Source of the DNA: Mobula hypostoma
Lineage: Eukaryota
Direction: 5' to 3'
Length of the DNA: 64,000 nt
Assembly (NCBI RefSeq): GCF_963921235.1
Contig: NC_086097.1
Span: 134,170,001-134,234,000, forward strand
Shown one piece after another: positions 49,056 to 62,389 of the stretch. Made by a program: the position numbers and the translations under genes. The notes under the pieces were generated by a model. That model was given only the letters and a program-made list of their open reading frames with translations. It made no database searches and was not told the DNA's origin. Within the stretch, counting starts at the first letter, position 1; every line of letters starts with the position of its first letter.

Positions 49056-49659
49056 TTAGTTTAAACCCTCCCCAACAGCTCTAACAAACCTGCCTGCGAG
49101 AATATTGGTCCCCCTCGGGTTCAGATGCAACCCGTCACATTTGAACAGGTCATACCTCCCCCAGAAGGGATCCCAATTATCCAAGAACCTGACATCCTTC
49201 CCCCTGCACCAGCTTCTCAGCCACACATTTATCTGCCATATCATCCTGTTTCTACCCTCACTGGCATGTGGCATGGGTAGCAATCCAGAAATTACTACCT
49301 GGGAGGTCCTGCTTCTCAGCTTTCTACCTAGCTCTCTAAATCCTCTTTTCAGGACCTCATTGCTTTCCCTTCATATGTCATTGGTACCAATATGGACCAA
49401 GATATCTGGCTGCTCCCCCTTCCCTCTCCAAAATGTTGTGGACGCGATCTGAGACATCCCTGACCCTGGCACCTGGGAGGCAACACACCATCTGCATGTC
49501 CCATTCACGTCCACAGAATCTCCTGCCTGTTCCCCTCACTATTGAGTCCCCTATCAGTGCTGCTCCCTTCTTCTCTCTTTTTCTCTTCTGCATGACGGAC
49601 CCATGCTCAGTGCCTGTAACCCGGTTGCTGTGGCATTCTCCTGGGAGGTTATTCCCCAC
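49056..49659 (-). pseudogene. CR1 ORF1 SGNH esterase-like domain, frameshifted
   Basis: ALIGDSIVRG, CCLPGARVRDV and DGLHLNPRG motifs. Confidence 0.88.
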
Positions 49660-51267
49660 AATAGTATCTAAAGCGGTATACTCGTTTTTAGAGGAATGGC
49701 CACAGGGGTGCTCTGCTCTAACTGCCTGTTTCCATTTCTTCTGACAGTCACCCAGCTACTCGCCTCCTGCAACTTCGGAGTGACTACTTCCCTGTAACTT
49801 TGATCAATTATATCCTCGCTCTCCCATACAAGCTGAAGGTCACCCAGTTGCTACTCCAGATCCCTAACACAGTCTTCAAGGAACTGCAGCTGGATGCACT
49901 TCATGCAGATCTAGTTCCCTGAGAGACTCTGGGTCTCCCAGTTCTCCAACATCTGGCACGAAGAGCACATCACAGCCATTTAAATGGTACAGTAAGAGAG
50001 GGGAAAAAAACAAAAAGGAAACCTTAACAGATGCCTTACACAGAGTCAACACCTCTTTTGAGCCAAAGCCTGTTGCTTCTACTCTCGCCGCTGACTTACT
50101 CTTGACATTGGCCGCTCCACTTATCCCTTCTGTACTTTTATTTAGTTCATAGAGCTCTGTTGATCCCACTGATAGGCCACATACAATGGACAAATGCTCT
50201 CGAAGCTCCCTTTTTAAATAACTGCCGTCCCCCTCCCCCTTCTTTGCCAGCAGAGCTGTCAAAAATTTAAATATTTCTGAATACTTCAAACATTCAGAAA
50301 CATTACAAAACTATAAAACTAAGATAAAAAAGTTGAAATTATTAAAAATAAAATCAAGTCAGAAACAAAGGCATTTTCAAATAACTAAGAAAGGAGCAAA
50401 GCACAGATAATGAGAGAAAAAAGTTTTTTCCTCATAGTTGTATAATTCACATTAATGAATCAATAACTTCTCAGAAGCAATCCTTCAGTGTAAGTCCTGG
50501 GGAAATCTCAGCAAAGTAGAGCATCTTTCATTGTACTTTATGAAGCAAAATAGAAGGCTATGTTCTATGTGCTATCTTCTATGTTGTGTCCCCTAATAGA
50601 GCCTCAGCTTTGGATTGTGTCTGTGCAGAAATGTGGTCTTGCTGATTTGAAGTGTTTAAAACCTAGCAATTCCAAATTTACCAGCAAATCTAAGCCATAG
50701 TTTCCATCTGCAACACCTTCCTCCAAAGAGTTGTCCAAGGACAAGTAGTTAATGGACAGGTCACTTTGAACCATTAATGTCCTTGTCCTAAGATATTACT
50801 TATCAAAGTCATGCTTAGCAAAATAACCATCACAGCTAGAAGTTACCTCTAATCACATTGCATGCCACTGCAATGACCAAAGACTTGTTTGTCCAAATTG
50901 TCTGCTTCACCCATCCTACTTCACCTTCCAATGTAGTACAAAGTCACCATTTCATTTCCCTTTTTTTTTGTACTCAGTGTACAGACTGCCTGTAAATATA
51001 ACATTAGGGATTTTGCATAGATTTCAATGTAGTGCATAGCCCACAGTAACACTCTAACACTTCACAGCATATGCACCATTTTGCTAATCAGCTGTGATTA
51101 TATACTTTATCCTAACTCTCTATTATCAACTAACATTAATTCATATCGACAATGTTTCTGTGTTATTTTCATAGTGCACCAAAGGTAAGGCCCATTACAT
51201 GGCCATAAATGAACACCAAGATAATTAGTATCTACTAGAACAACACAAGATATAGGGGGGAGAATAG

Positions 51268-51787
51268 CAGACATCCCACCCTGCAAAAACTCATTTCAGG
51301 GAGGTAGCACCATCAATTTGCGGGAGACTTCCGGGAGAGGTGGGATGCCTGCAATAGAGTAGCTCCTTAGCGGCTGGCCAGCTAGTTTAAATAATGTTAG
51401 CTATGCTAATGAACGAATGACACCTGTTAAACTCACCTCAACATGTTTTTTAGTCTTAACCCACTATGGGCAATAGAAAAGTCACTGTTGCAAATAGTGC
51501 AGCGAGCAACACTGTCATTATTTTTGACCCCTATTAGGCAGCGGTACACTTTAGTGTAGTCTGGGGTGACGTACGTTTTATATTTTCTTTTTTTTGGAAC
51601 ATTCTGCCACGGTGCATGCTCTCTCTCTCTCTCGCGGTTGCTCTCGCTCTCTCACTCTCGTGGTCTCTCTCATGCTCGCTCTCAAAAAAATTGATTTCCG
51701 TGCTATTGTATATAATTTGCGGGCATCAGGAAGCCACTATTAATATGCGGGAGACTCCCAGAACTTCCGGGAGAGGTGGGATGTCTG
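51268..51787. mobile_element. Non-autonomous TIR element (MITE), uninterrupted copy B, superfamily uncertain
   Basis: Perfect 13-bp TIR CAGACATCCCACC / GGTGGGATGTCTG; GAATAG at 51262-51267 and 51788-51793. Confidence 0.88.
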
Positions 51788-52989
51788 GAATAGGGCACAT
51801 GACTTCTCAAGCCTGCAAGTAAATGACTGGTTTTCTACTCCAAATCCACCCAATCCTCAAATGTCTCGACTTCCTTACTGCTCTGAATTTTGTCCATCCC
51901 AGTCTTGAATTACCCTCAGGTATAGGACCCAAAAATTCAAGAGTTTTTGAATGGCTGACCCCTTACATGGAGATGCAACCATGACAGAAAAATAGCTTCT
52001 CAATACCTGCCTGTAAATCCCTCAGTATCTTACATGCCCCTAGTGATCATCTCTCATTTAGACGAAAGGCCCTTAGTCTCCATTATTCTCGGAATAAGTA
52101 TCATATAATTATAACACAATGTCCCAAAGGCATATCCTTCCCTAAGGAACAGAAGGAAGCCTTTTGGTCCATCAAGCCTATACTCTTGAAGCATTTCCAC
52201 AATCTATTCTACCACAGATGCCCACTAACACTGCTTGATCACCAAGTCACTAATTCTTCCTTTGATTCGAGGGAATGTTCAAGGAAGAGTGCAGCCTAAC
52301 TCCTGATTCCATTATTCCCCCAAGCTTGAGTTGGTAAATTGGTTTACTACTGTCACCCGTACTGAGGTATGGTGAAAAACGTGATTAGCATACCACTTAT
52401 ACAGATCAATTCATTGCACTGAGAGTAAAAGGCAGAAAAATTACAAAATACAGGATAACGTGTTACAGTACAGAGAAAGTGCAATGCAGGTAGAGAATAG
52501 GATGCAAGATCATAATGAAATAGACAGCGAGATCAAAAGCCAGCCTTATTGTACTAGGCAAACAATAGTCTTATAACAGCAGGATAGCGGCTATCCTTGT
52601 ACCTGGTAGTATATTCTTTCATTCTATTGTAACTTTTGCCCATGGGATGGGGAAATGAGCAAATGTCTGTGGTGGGTGGGTCTTTGATTGTGCTTACTGT
52701 TATACTGAAGTAGTGAGAAGTGCAGACAGAGTCCATGGTAGGGGAGGGGGGCTGGTTTCCATGATGTTCTAAGCATTGATCTCATTTTTAGTAGCAGGAG
52801 TATGGTTTATAGGTGTCTATGTGAAGTGGAAGCATTGATATAAGTTTGGTGGATTTGCTAGTATCTGTAAACAAATCTCAATTGGCTTGTTGTTGCAACA
52901 GCCTATACACCACTCTTTGAGCAGTTGAATATGGACTGCTTTAATAAACAGGGTACAACCACTGCAAGTAATGGTCACGGTGGCAGGAA

Positions 52990-53520
52990 TCTGTGTTAAG
53001 ATCAGGATTAGAAACAGATTTATTATCGCCCACGTGAAATTTGTTGTTTTGCAGCAGTACAGTAGAAGGACTTTAAATTGCTCTGAGTTACAAAAATAAG
53101 CAAATAACGCAGAAAATGGAACATTCAGAGAACTGATGGTGGAGTACAAGAAGCCATTCCTGAAGGCTCCTGTACCTCCTCCCCAGTGGTAGTAACAGGA
53201 AGAGGGCATGTTCCAAAGGTTGAGAGTCTTTAATGATTGGTGCCACTTTTCTGAGGCACTGCCTTTTGAGGATATACTTGATGGTGGGATGGTGGTGGCT
53301 GAGTCTCTAACTTTCTGAAGCCTCTTGCAGTCCTGTGCTTTGGAGCCTCCATGCCAGTCTGTGATATAACCAGTCAGAATACTCTCCACTGCACATCTAT
53401 ATACACTTGTAAGAGACTTCAGTGACATATTGAATCTCTTCAAACTCTGAATGATGTTGAGGCACTGACATACCTTCTTCGTGATTGCATCAATGTGTTC
53501 AGCCTGGGATAGATCAGGAT
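52990..53520 (-). mobile_element. Rex/Babar-type LINE 3' fragment
   Basis: ORF 52817-53443 begins KRFNMSLKSLTSVYRCAVESILTGYITDWHG...AQDCKRLQKV. Confidence 0.75.
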
Positions 53521-55719
53521 AGAAACAACATGAACTGTTTGCTCAAGCATTGTAAATGATAACTGATGTAATGCCAACATTAGGTAAATGGAAGAACATG
53601 ACTTGTGTTGAAAATGTTGACTTCATCTTCTATATTACACAGGTTTGAAATTGTTATGAATATTTTAAAAATCAAGAATAATGACATGTTCCCTTGACAT
53701 TGCGGGGTTAAGTGAGTTATGTCATACTCTGCACTACAAGTGCAAGGTTTCAATATGCTACAAGGAGGAATAAAAGGGCAATTTATGAGGTCTGAACAGT
53801 TAAACAAGTTGCAGAGATTGCCAGTGTTTGAACTTTGCCCCAGATGTTCCTGGCATCACTCGAATGTCACCATTTGATATCTAGCACGACTTCACTGAAG
53901 TTAGATAAATCACAGGTGTTGTCCATTGTCTTGGCAATAACTAGAGATTTGTAAATTTTAATAATTTTCTTTCTCTTGCTAAATTGCAAGGAAAGCCAAT
54001 GAGTGACACACACTGTCACAAGGATCCTCGTAGCTTATGAAGGTAGGGAATAAAATGGAGGACTTACATAGAGTTATCCACTGCTGTTGCCTGATGTAAA
54101 ATCAGAGCTGCAACATTTTTACTTGAATGTGAGATGGCAGATCAAAAGCTCAATAGCATTTATACCAACGATGCAGACACAATGGGCCATGGAACCCTCC
54201 TGAGCTACAATACCATGTCTCCTGGATTTACAGTAATCAAAAATAGATGCAATAAGAATCAGGTCTTTATCCATCCATTCCAGAACAAATCACTTCCTTT
54301 TAAGTCATGCTTTTAACTGGAAAAGCACAGGAATTGTCTAAAAGATTTAGCAGTGTCAATTACCATGTGCTGTCCTTAAGGTATCTCACTCATATGACCT
54401 TTCCCAATAGAGCCAATTTATTGAAAACGCAGAAAAGAAATAATTTTGAAATGGAGAACTTTGATCTGATTGGAAATTTAGTGCTGCAAAGATATTGGAA
54501 AGGAGGTGGGGATGGGAAACTGTACACGGAGTAAACCTGCTTTTAAGCAGAATTTGATCTATGAGGATTGATCTTAATGCAATAGGCTTAATATGTAAGG
54601 CACACACACATTTCAATGTTAACTCCAATATAAAGTAGAAAGAAAAAGATATATTCTAGTAGCTTTTAAATAAAATTTATGATGTCGTTACAATAGAATG
54701 CTTAAGAAATGTTTTTAGCAACTCAATGTATGTGTCTTTCATTTTAAGTTTAGAATGGTAAGATGTAGTATCGGATGTAAATACCTCAATTTAAGAAGAG
54801 GGGTGGGGTACGTGCAGGGATTTATGAGCCAACCAGCTTAATATCAGGAGCAGAAAATGGAATTCCTACTGAAAGGAATATCTGGAAATGAAAAGATCAA
54901 CATGAACTTCCAATGGGAGAATCTTGCTTCAGCAACATTACTGACTCTTTTTGTATTCAGTGGACAGTTGCAAAGCAGTACAAGTAATTTACTGAGATCA
55001 AAAAGGGGCAATTGAGACAGCAGCCCATAAGACACAAACAAAGAAAATTAGAGATGACAAATCTAGCAAGAAGGAGCAGAACTTGGCAGTTCACTGTCTT
55101 CAGGACCGATCAAAAACCGTGGGAGGAAAGGGTGGGTGTCCTCAGTAGAAGGTGGGTAGAAGTGTTCTATACTGCTGGACCACCGTTTTACAATTTACAC
55201 AGAGAATTTAGGTTCAGCAATCAAAAGCACAATTTATAAATTTGCAGATAAAAATGATTTGAGGGTGGGTAATTGGGTAATACTGAGGAAATTACAACAA
55301 GATACAGGTAGGCATTAATAACCTGATGCAATGAGCAATAACTGACAAATGAAATTTAAAGCAGATAAATCCGAGGAAGGGTATTTGGAAAATAAAAGTA
55401 TAGGGAGCCTCCTTATCAGCTCAAACATATTGGTGTAGAGGAACAAAGACACCTCAGGGTACAATTTAAACAAATCACTAAATGTGGCATCACAGATACT
55501 GGAACTAAATAGAATCTGTAATGCCCAGCACATTCTCACACCAGATGTAGTTATGCTCCATAATCAACCAGAGTTATGTGCTCTCTCACTCTGGAGCTAC
55601 ACATTCACATAAGTGACTAATGCCCACTGTAAGCTTACAGAGGAGGTACTCCCATTGTTTAACCCACCACCGGTCCCCTTACTCATACATCCGAGAAATT
55701 ATCCCACATAAAAGAGACC

Positions 55720-56525
55720 CTGGTGGCATGGTGTCAAGGTGATAACCTTTCTCTCAATGTAAGGAAAACTGAAGAGCTGGTCATTGACTTCAGAAAGTGG
55801 GGCAGGGTACCTGTATGCATCAATGGTGCTGAGGTTGAGATGTTCAGAGTTTCAAGTTCCCTGGTGTAAAGATCACTAATAGCTGGTCTTTCTCCAACCA
55901 AGTAGACACCATGTCCAAGAAAGCACACCAGCCTTCTCTACTTCCTCACAAGGCTCAGAAATTCTGCATATCCCCATTGATGCTTATTGACAGCTTTTAT
56001 AGATGCAACTTATAACGCATCCTGCCCAGATACATCACAGATTGGTATAGCATCTGTACAATCCAAGTCCACACGAAACCGCTGGGAGTTGTAGACAAAG
56101 CTCAGTCCGTCATGTACTCCACTGGCTCTGCTGACACTTCTGGCTGCCTCAGGAAAGCAGCTAACATAACTAAAGACTCCTCCCAGCCTGGGTCATTCTC
56201 TCTTTTCCCACTTTTCGTGGGCAGGTCACCTCCAGCCTCAAGGGCAGATTCTATCCTGCAAAATGATAAGTTGCTTGAACTGATGTCTAGGACGATAAAG
56301 GTGAACCGTTGATCTCTCAATCTACCTCATTGTGGCCCTTGTCCTTTATTTATCTACCTGCACTGTACGTGCTCTATGACAGCAGCTGTATTCTACATCC
56401 TGTTATTGCTTTTCTCTTTATACCACTTTGATCTAATTTTGCTTTGACATTATCTGTATGGATGGCATGCGAGACCAAGTTCTGTACTGTCTCTCAGTAC
56501 ATGTGACAATAATAAACCAATTAAT
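55720..56525 (+). mobile_element. Rex/Babar-type LINE 3' fragment
   Basis: WCQ.DNLSLNVRKTEELVIDFRK-like remnant at 55728-55800 followed by the family 3' UTR. Confidence 0.75.
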
Positions 56526-56648
56526 AATTACCACAGCCACCCTACTCTCACACTACATTACTATAAGTTATATATATGTTTTAATATATTTCTTTCCCAG
56601 ATCTGACAAGCAATCTCTACCCAAAAACATTAACCTTGTTTCATAGAT

Positions 56649-56728
56649 CAGGGGTTCCCAACTTTTTTTATTCCATGGACCCTGACCATTAACCGAGTGG
56701 TCCGTTGCCCTCAGGGTAGGAATCCTGG
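56649..56728. mobile_element. Small hAT/Charlie-type MITE
   Basis: Starts CAGGGGTTCCCAAC; related to 25321-25399; flanks tcatagat / ccgtagat. Confidence 0.7.
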
Positions 56729-58585
56729 CCGTAGATGCTAAATGACATTCTGAGTGCTTCTGTCCTTTTCTATTCTTGTTATGTTGTCCACTGTGCCTTC
56801 TCATTTGAGATACTCACTCACATTGCAGTTTGGCAACACTAAGACCATTCTGATCACCTTACACTAATATAGACTTGTTAAATTATTTCTTGTAAATATG
56901 TGCTAAACTTATGTTTTTTTCTTGTGAATGTTGTGTTTCCAATACGATGCGCCAGTGATTTTGTTGCAAGTAACTTTTTCGTTTCACCTCTGCATAAATG
57001 TTCCCATGCAGTCAACTTGACTTTGACTCTCTCACTGGAGTTAATGTGACTCCTACATCCAGCTGTTCCTGATGTCACTGAATACATTGGCATGGTCAGA
57101 GGCTGAGTTTTTTTGTACTTCAAGATGATATGCAGCAAGTTATACATGCCATACAATGAGACAGGCCCTTCATCCCAACTTGTGCATGCAAACCTAAGTT
57201 AATCCTGTTTCATAGTGTCTGACATGTATAACTTGCTGCATAACATCTTTGTCCACATTTGGCCCAGGTCCCTTTAACCCTTTTCCTATCATGTACCTGT
57301 CTAAATGTATTTTTTTAATGTTGTAATTGTACCCATCCCTTTCACTTCCTCTGGCAGCTCATTCCATGGACCCACTATCCATTCGTGTGAAAAGCTTGCC
57401 CCTCGGATAACATTTAAACCTTTCCCCTCTTTAGACTCTGCTACAATGAGAAGAAGACTGTGACCATCTACCATGTCTGTGACCCTCATGAATCTATAAA
57501 CCTCTATAAAGTTATCCCTCAGTCTCTAACACTTCAGGAGAAACAGTCCCAGCCAATCCAGTCTCTGCTTATATTATAGCTCAAATAAATCCCAAAGTTT
57601 CCTGATATTGCCCCCAACTAATTTTAAGATGGTACCCCATTGTTCTAGTCTCCCCTGCCATTGGAATCAGCTTATCTCTAAATATCCTATAATTTCCCAT
57701 ATTCTTCTTAAGTACCTCAGATAAATCACCACTTGAGGATATATGTCCCGGGAAAATTGCAGAACCTTTCCTCCAAAAAGGTGTAACCTGGACTTCAAAC
57801 ACAGGTAGTTGTCAGATAATGGTTGTCCGGCAGCGGCGTTATTTTTATGAGTATTCAGCACATCACATAAACCAGCCTTCCCTTCATAGACTCCATCTAC
57901 ATTGCTCGCTGCCTTGGTAAAGCTTGCAACATAATCAGACCACACTCTGAGAGTGTGGCTGTGGTAAAAGACTGAGATTGTGTACAAGCAGGCTCAAGGA
58001 AAGCTCTATCCTGCAGCTTTAAGTCTACGGAATGGTCCCCTACAAGAAGAAGATCGCTTAACCTTGCAATCTACCTTATTACGACCCTGCAAATTACTGT
58101 CTGCCTGCACTGCACTTTCTCTGTAACTGTTCTACTTCATTCTACATTCTGTTATTGTTTTCCTTTGTACTACCTCAATGAACTGATGTAATGAAATTAT
58201 CTGTATGAATGGCATGCAACTCAAGGGTTTTTAGTTACCTAGGTATGTGGGACAATAATTAACCAATTTACCAATTTATTCTTTTAAATACTTAAAAGAA
58301 AGTTTTTTCCCCACTGCTGTTAAAAGTAGGGAGACTAACTCACCAGACTCAAATTTAAATTAATTTTAGGTTATTGTCAAACGAGTCAGAGGTGAAATGA
58401 ACACAATGAAAATAGAAGCAGGAATCAGTCTTTCGACCCCTCAAACCTGCCCCATTACTCAAAATGATCAGGGTTGATCTGCCCCCCCAGGCCTGAGGTC
58501 TCAACTCCTCTTCTATGTCAGTTACCCACGGCACTCAATATCCCAGCCTTTCAGTTATTTATCGACCTTCTCTTTAAATACCTTG

Positions 58586-59212
58586 AATAGAAACATAGAA
58601 AACCTACAGCACAATACAGGCACTTCAGCCCACAAAGCTGTACCAAACATGTCCTTACCTTAGAACTACCTAGGGTGACCCATAGCCCTGTATTTTTCTA
58701 AGATACATGTATCCATCCAGGATTCTCTTTAAAGACCCTATTGTTTCTGTCTCTACGGCTGCCGCAGGCAGCCCAGTCCACACACTCACCACTCTCTGCA
58801 TAAAAAACATCTCCTCTGTACCTACTTCCAAGCACCTTAAAACTGTGCCCTTTCGTGCCAGCCATTTCAGCCCTGGGGAAAAGCCTCTGACTATCCACGT
58901 GATCAATGCCTCTCATTATCTTGTACACCTCTGTCAGGTCACCTCTCATCCTGCGTCGCTCCAAGGAGAGAAGGCCAAGCTCATTCAACCTATTCTCATA
59001 AGGCATGCTCCCCAATCCAGGCAACATCCTTGTAAATCTCCTCTGCACCCTTTCTATGGTTTCCACATCCTTCCTGTAGTGAGGCGACCAGAATTGAGCA
59101 CAGTACTCCAAGAGGGGTCTGACCAGGGTCCTATATAGCTGCAACATTACCTCTCAGCTCTTAAACTCAATCCCACGGTTGATGAAGGCCAATGCACAGT
59201 ATGCCTTCTTAA
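58586..59212 (-). mobile_element. CR1 3' fragment, relatively young
   Basis: ORF 58698-59147 (LYRTLVRPLLEYCAQFWSPHYRKDV); atagaaac tail repeat at about 58588-58600. Confidence 0.93.
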
Positions 59213-60634
59213 TGATCTAACTTCCATAACATACCGGGGTAGGGGTTTCCAGAGATCCAGAGATCCATCACTCACTGCAAGCCTGAAGCCCCACACCACT
59301 AGGTTCATGAGTTGCTACTTTCCTACAATGCTAGCCCTACTTTAGCGACAGAACACTGCAGATCACCTCTTGCACTACCATGGACAACTCTGATAATATC
59401 TATTTGCACAGATGTCTTGTTTTACCCAGTAATTATTTTTCTTTACTATTTTGTATAATTTATGTATTTTTATAGTTTATCTGTTGTCAGTACTGAAATG
59501 CTGCTGCAAACAAGGTTTTCATTGTACTTTTACCCCACTGTACTTGTGCACATGACAGTAAACTGGACTCGACAACCTGACTTGCAGAAATCCCTAAAAC
59601 CCTCAACTTTAGATGACGATTGCAAAATTCAAGGTTCAAATTTATTAATCGTGTGTACACTGAAATATAGAGTGAAATGTGTCATTTGTGTTAACAACCA
59701 ACACACCCGAGGGTGTGCTGGGGGGCAGCCCACAAGTGTTACCATATAAGGCAAGTGTCCCCTTAAATTAGAGGAAAGTTTTGCAGGGTGTTCCGTCTGA
59801 ATCAGCAAATTCCAAAGGTAATTGTACAAATCTTTGAGTAGGAGAATATGTGCAAGGCAGTGGGAAAGGTAGAGGGCTAAATAGAGAACTCTTACAAGGA
59901 GCCAGCATAGACTGAATGGGCAGGTTGGTTTCTTTCTGAGCGTCATATGATCTGATATAATACTGGATGAATAGGCAGTTCAGGTTGTTACGCTGAAGCA
60001 TGTCTCAACAACTCACTCATACAGTCACAGATCCTTCCTTGTATTAGAGGCAACCAGCATAATATTAGTCAAAGTATACTTGAACATCACGGGGATACTT
60101 TATGCAGTTTGTCCTGTTGAGAAAAAGTGGCATCACCATTTTAAGAGGCGAGTTCATTCAGTCACCTGAGTGGGCCCAGCAGCAACTTCTCTCACTAGTC
60201 GTGGCACTGTCCAGGGTAAAGCAACATCATTGGCACTTTGTCCATCTACCGTAAACATTCATTCCCTCCGCCGCCAGCCACCATTACAAAACACACTGCA
60301 GTTACTCGCTCTGGTTAATCTGACGGTGCCTCTAAAACCTGTGAGCTCCGTCACCAAGCAGATGAGGGCAGCAGGAGCTGGGAACAGCACCAGCAACAGC
60401 TTCCCCTCTGAGTCACACCTCACTCTGACTTGGAAATAAGATCATAAGGCATAGGAGCAGAATTAGGCCATTTGGCCCATTGAGTCTGCTCCATCATTCA
60501 ATCATAGTTGATCCTATTTTCCCCTCCTCAGCCCCCCCACCCCGGCCTTCTCCCTGTAACCTTTGACGTCAGGTCTAATCAAGAACTTATCAAGCTCTGC
60601 CTTAAATACACCCAATGACCTAGCCTCCACAGCT

Positions 60635-60778
60635 CTTCCTTCAGTTAGTCCTGACGAAGGGTCTCGGCCTGAAACGTCGACTGCGCCTCTTCCTAGAGAT
60701 GCTGCCTGGCCTGCTGCGTTCACCAGCAACTTTGATGTATGTTGCTTGAATTTCCAGCATCTGCAGAATTCCTGTTGT
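60635..60778 (+). mobile_element. 144-bp Penelope tail insertion with 14-bp TSD inside a CR1 3' fragment (about 60436-60925)
   Basis: TSD TAGCCTCCACAGCT at 60621-60634 and 60779-60792. Confidence 0.92.
60647..60682 (+). ncRNA. Minimal type I hammerhead ribozyme motif, best-preserved copy
   Basis: AGUC CUGACGA A GGGU-CUCG-GCCU GAAA CG UC GACU: stem I AGUC/GACU intact, predicted cleavage after 60678. Confidence 0.82.
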
Positions 60779-62389
60779 TAGCCTCCACAGCTGCCTGTGA
60801 TAATAAATTCCACAAATTCACCACCCTCTGGTTAAAGAAATTTCTCCACATCTGTTTTAAATGGACGCACCTCTACCCTAAGGCTGTACCCTCTTGTCCT
60901 AGACTCCCCCACCATGGGAATACATTGTCGTTCCTTTATTGTTACCAGATCAACACAGAGTCACAGCATTATATAGCATGGAAACAGGCCCTTCAGCCCC
61001 ACGGTTTCATGCTGACCAAGATGCCCCATAAAAGATATTTCTGTTTAGCTGTATTTGGCCCATGATCTTCTAAACCTTTCCAATCCATGCACCTGTCTAG
61101 CTGTCTTTTAAAAGCTGCTATTGTACCAGTTCCTCTGGTAGCTCATTTGACATGCCCCCACCCTTTGCATAAAAAGGTTTGGCCTCCTCAAGCTCCTCTT
61201 AAATCATTTCCCTCTCACTTTAAACTTTTTACCTTCTAACTCTTGTTTTCCCAGCCTTCAGGAAAAAGACTGAGTGAGTGCATTCACCCCATCTATACTC
61301 CACTGGTACCGGTACATCTGTTACTCCCTCCCCAACAGCACTTGCAGGAGGAGCTTCACCGTAAAGGCTGCGGCGATTCAAGACAATGGCTCAGCACCAC
61401 CTTCTCAAGGGTGACAAATGGGCAACAAATTCTGGCCTTGCCAGTAATGCCCAGATCCAAAAAAATGGATAATTTTTTTTTAAATTTAAAATTGTTTTGA
61501 TTTAAGAAAGGCAACTTTCCTACAATTGGTTGGATCTCACTTGGTGTTGCCAAAGTTCACTTTATAATCACCCAGTTTACTGCACTGTGAACATTAATCA
61601 TGAATAACAGTTTTGTGAAAGGCATAGTGTGCATTCCACTGCTAATTCAGTGGTAGAAATCAGTGGTAGTAAAATGAGAAAGCTCTTCCGACAATGCCTG
61701 TAAATCCATGGGAAAAAGATGTGTAAAGTAAGACTCTTATTTTATTCCACATATGAAAAACCTTCCACTGAATCAATTTGGAACAAGATATGCCAGGACA
61801 GTTTGTGAAAACAGAACACAGTGCATGTAACTCTAGAGACACGGGAGACTGCATATGCTGGAATCTGGAGCAACGAAAAGCATTTTATAAGGGTTTCCCC
61901 ATTATAGGAAGAATGTGAAGGTTTTGGCAGGGTTACAGAAGAGGTTTACAAGGATGTTGCCTGTATGAGAGGGCATGCGCTATAAGGAGAGGTTGGACAA
62001 ACTAGTGCTGTTTTCTCTGGAGCAGCTGAGGTTGAGGGGAGACCACACAGAGGTTTATAAATTTATAAGAGGCATAGATAGGGTGAATGCACTCAGCTGC
62101 TACCTTTTTTCACAGGGTTGAAGTGCCCAGTACGAGAGGGTGTGCATTTAAGCTGAGAGGAGGAAAGTTCAAAGGAGATGAACAGAGAAGGTTGTTTTTA
62201 GATGGAGAGTGGCAGGTGCCCAGAACATATTTGCAAGGGTAGTGTTGGGACAAGTACAATAGAAGTACTTAAGAGGCTCTGAGAAAGGTACATGAATGTG
62301 CAGAGAATGGAGTGATATGGACAATGTGCAGGCTGAAGGAATTAGGTTAAGTCGGCACTATTAGCCACTGTGTGGCTCAGTACAACTCC

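Larger units (their letters stand above)
40410..50250 (-). mobile_element. Near full-length CR1 LINE split by a Gypsy element, an unidentified insert and a Penelope pair
   Basis: Collinear ORF2 pieces at 40782-41237, 45874-46016, 46680-47760 and 48260-48900, followed by the ORF1 region 49056-49990. Confidence 0.9.
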
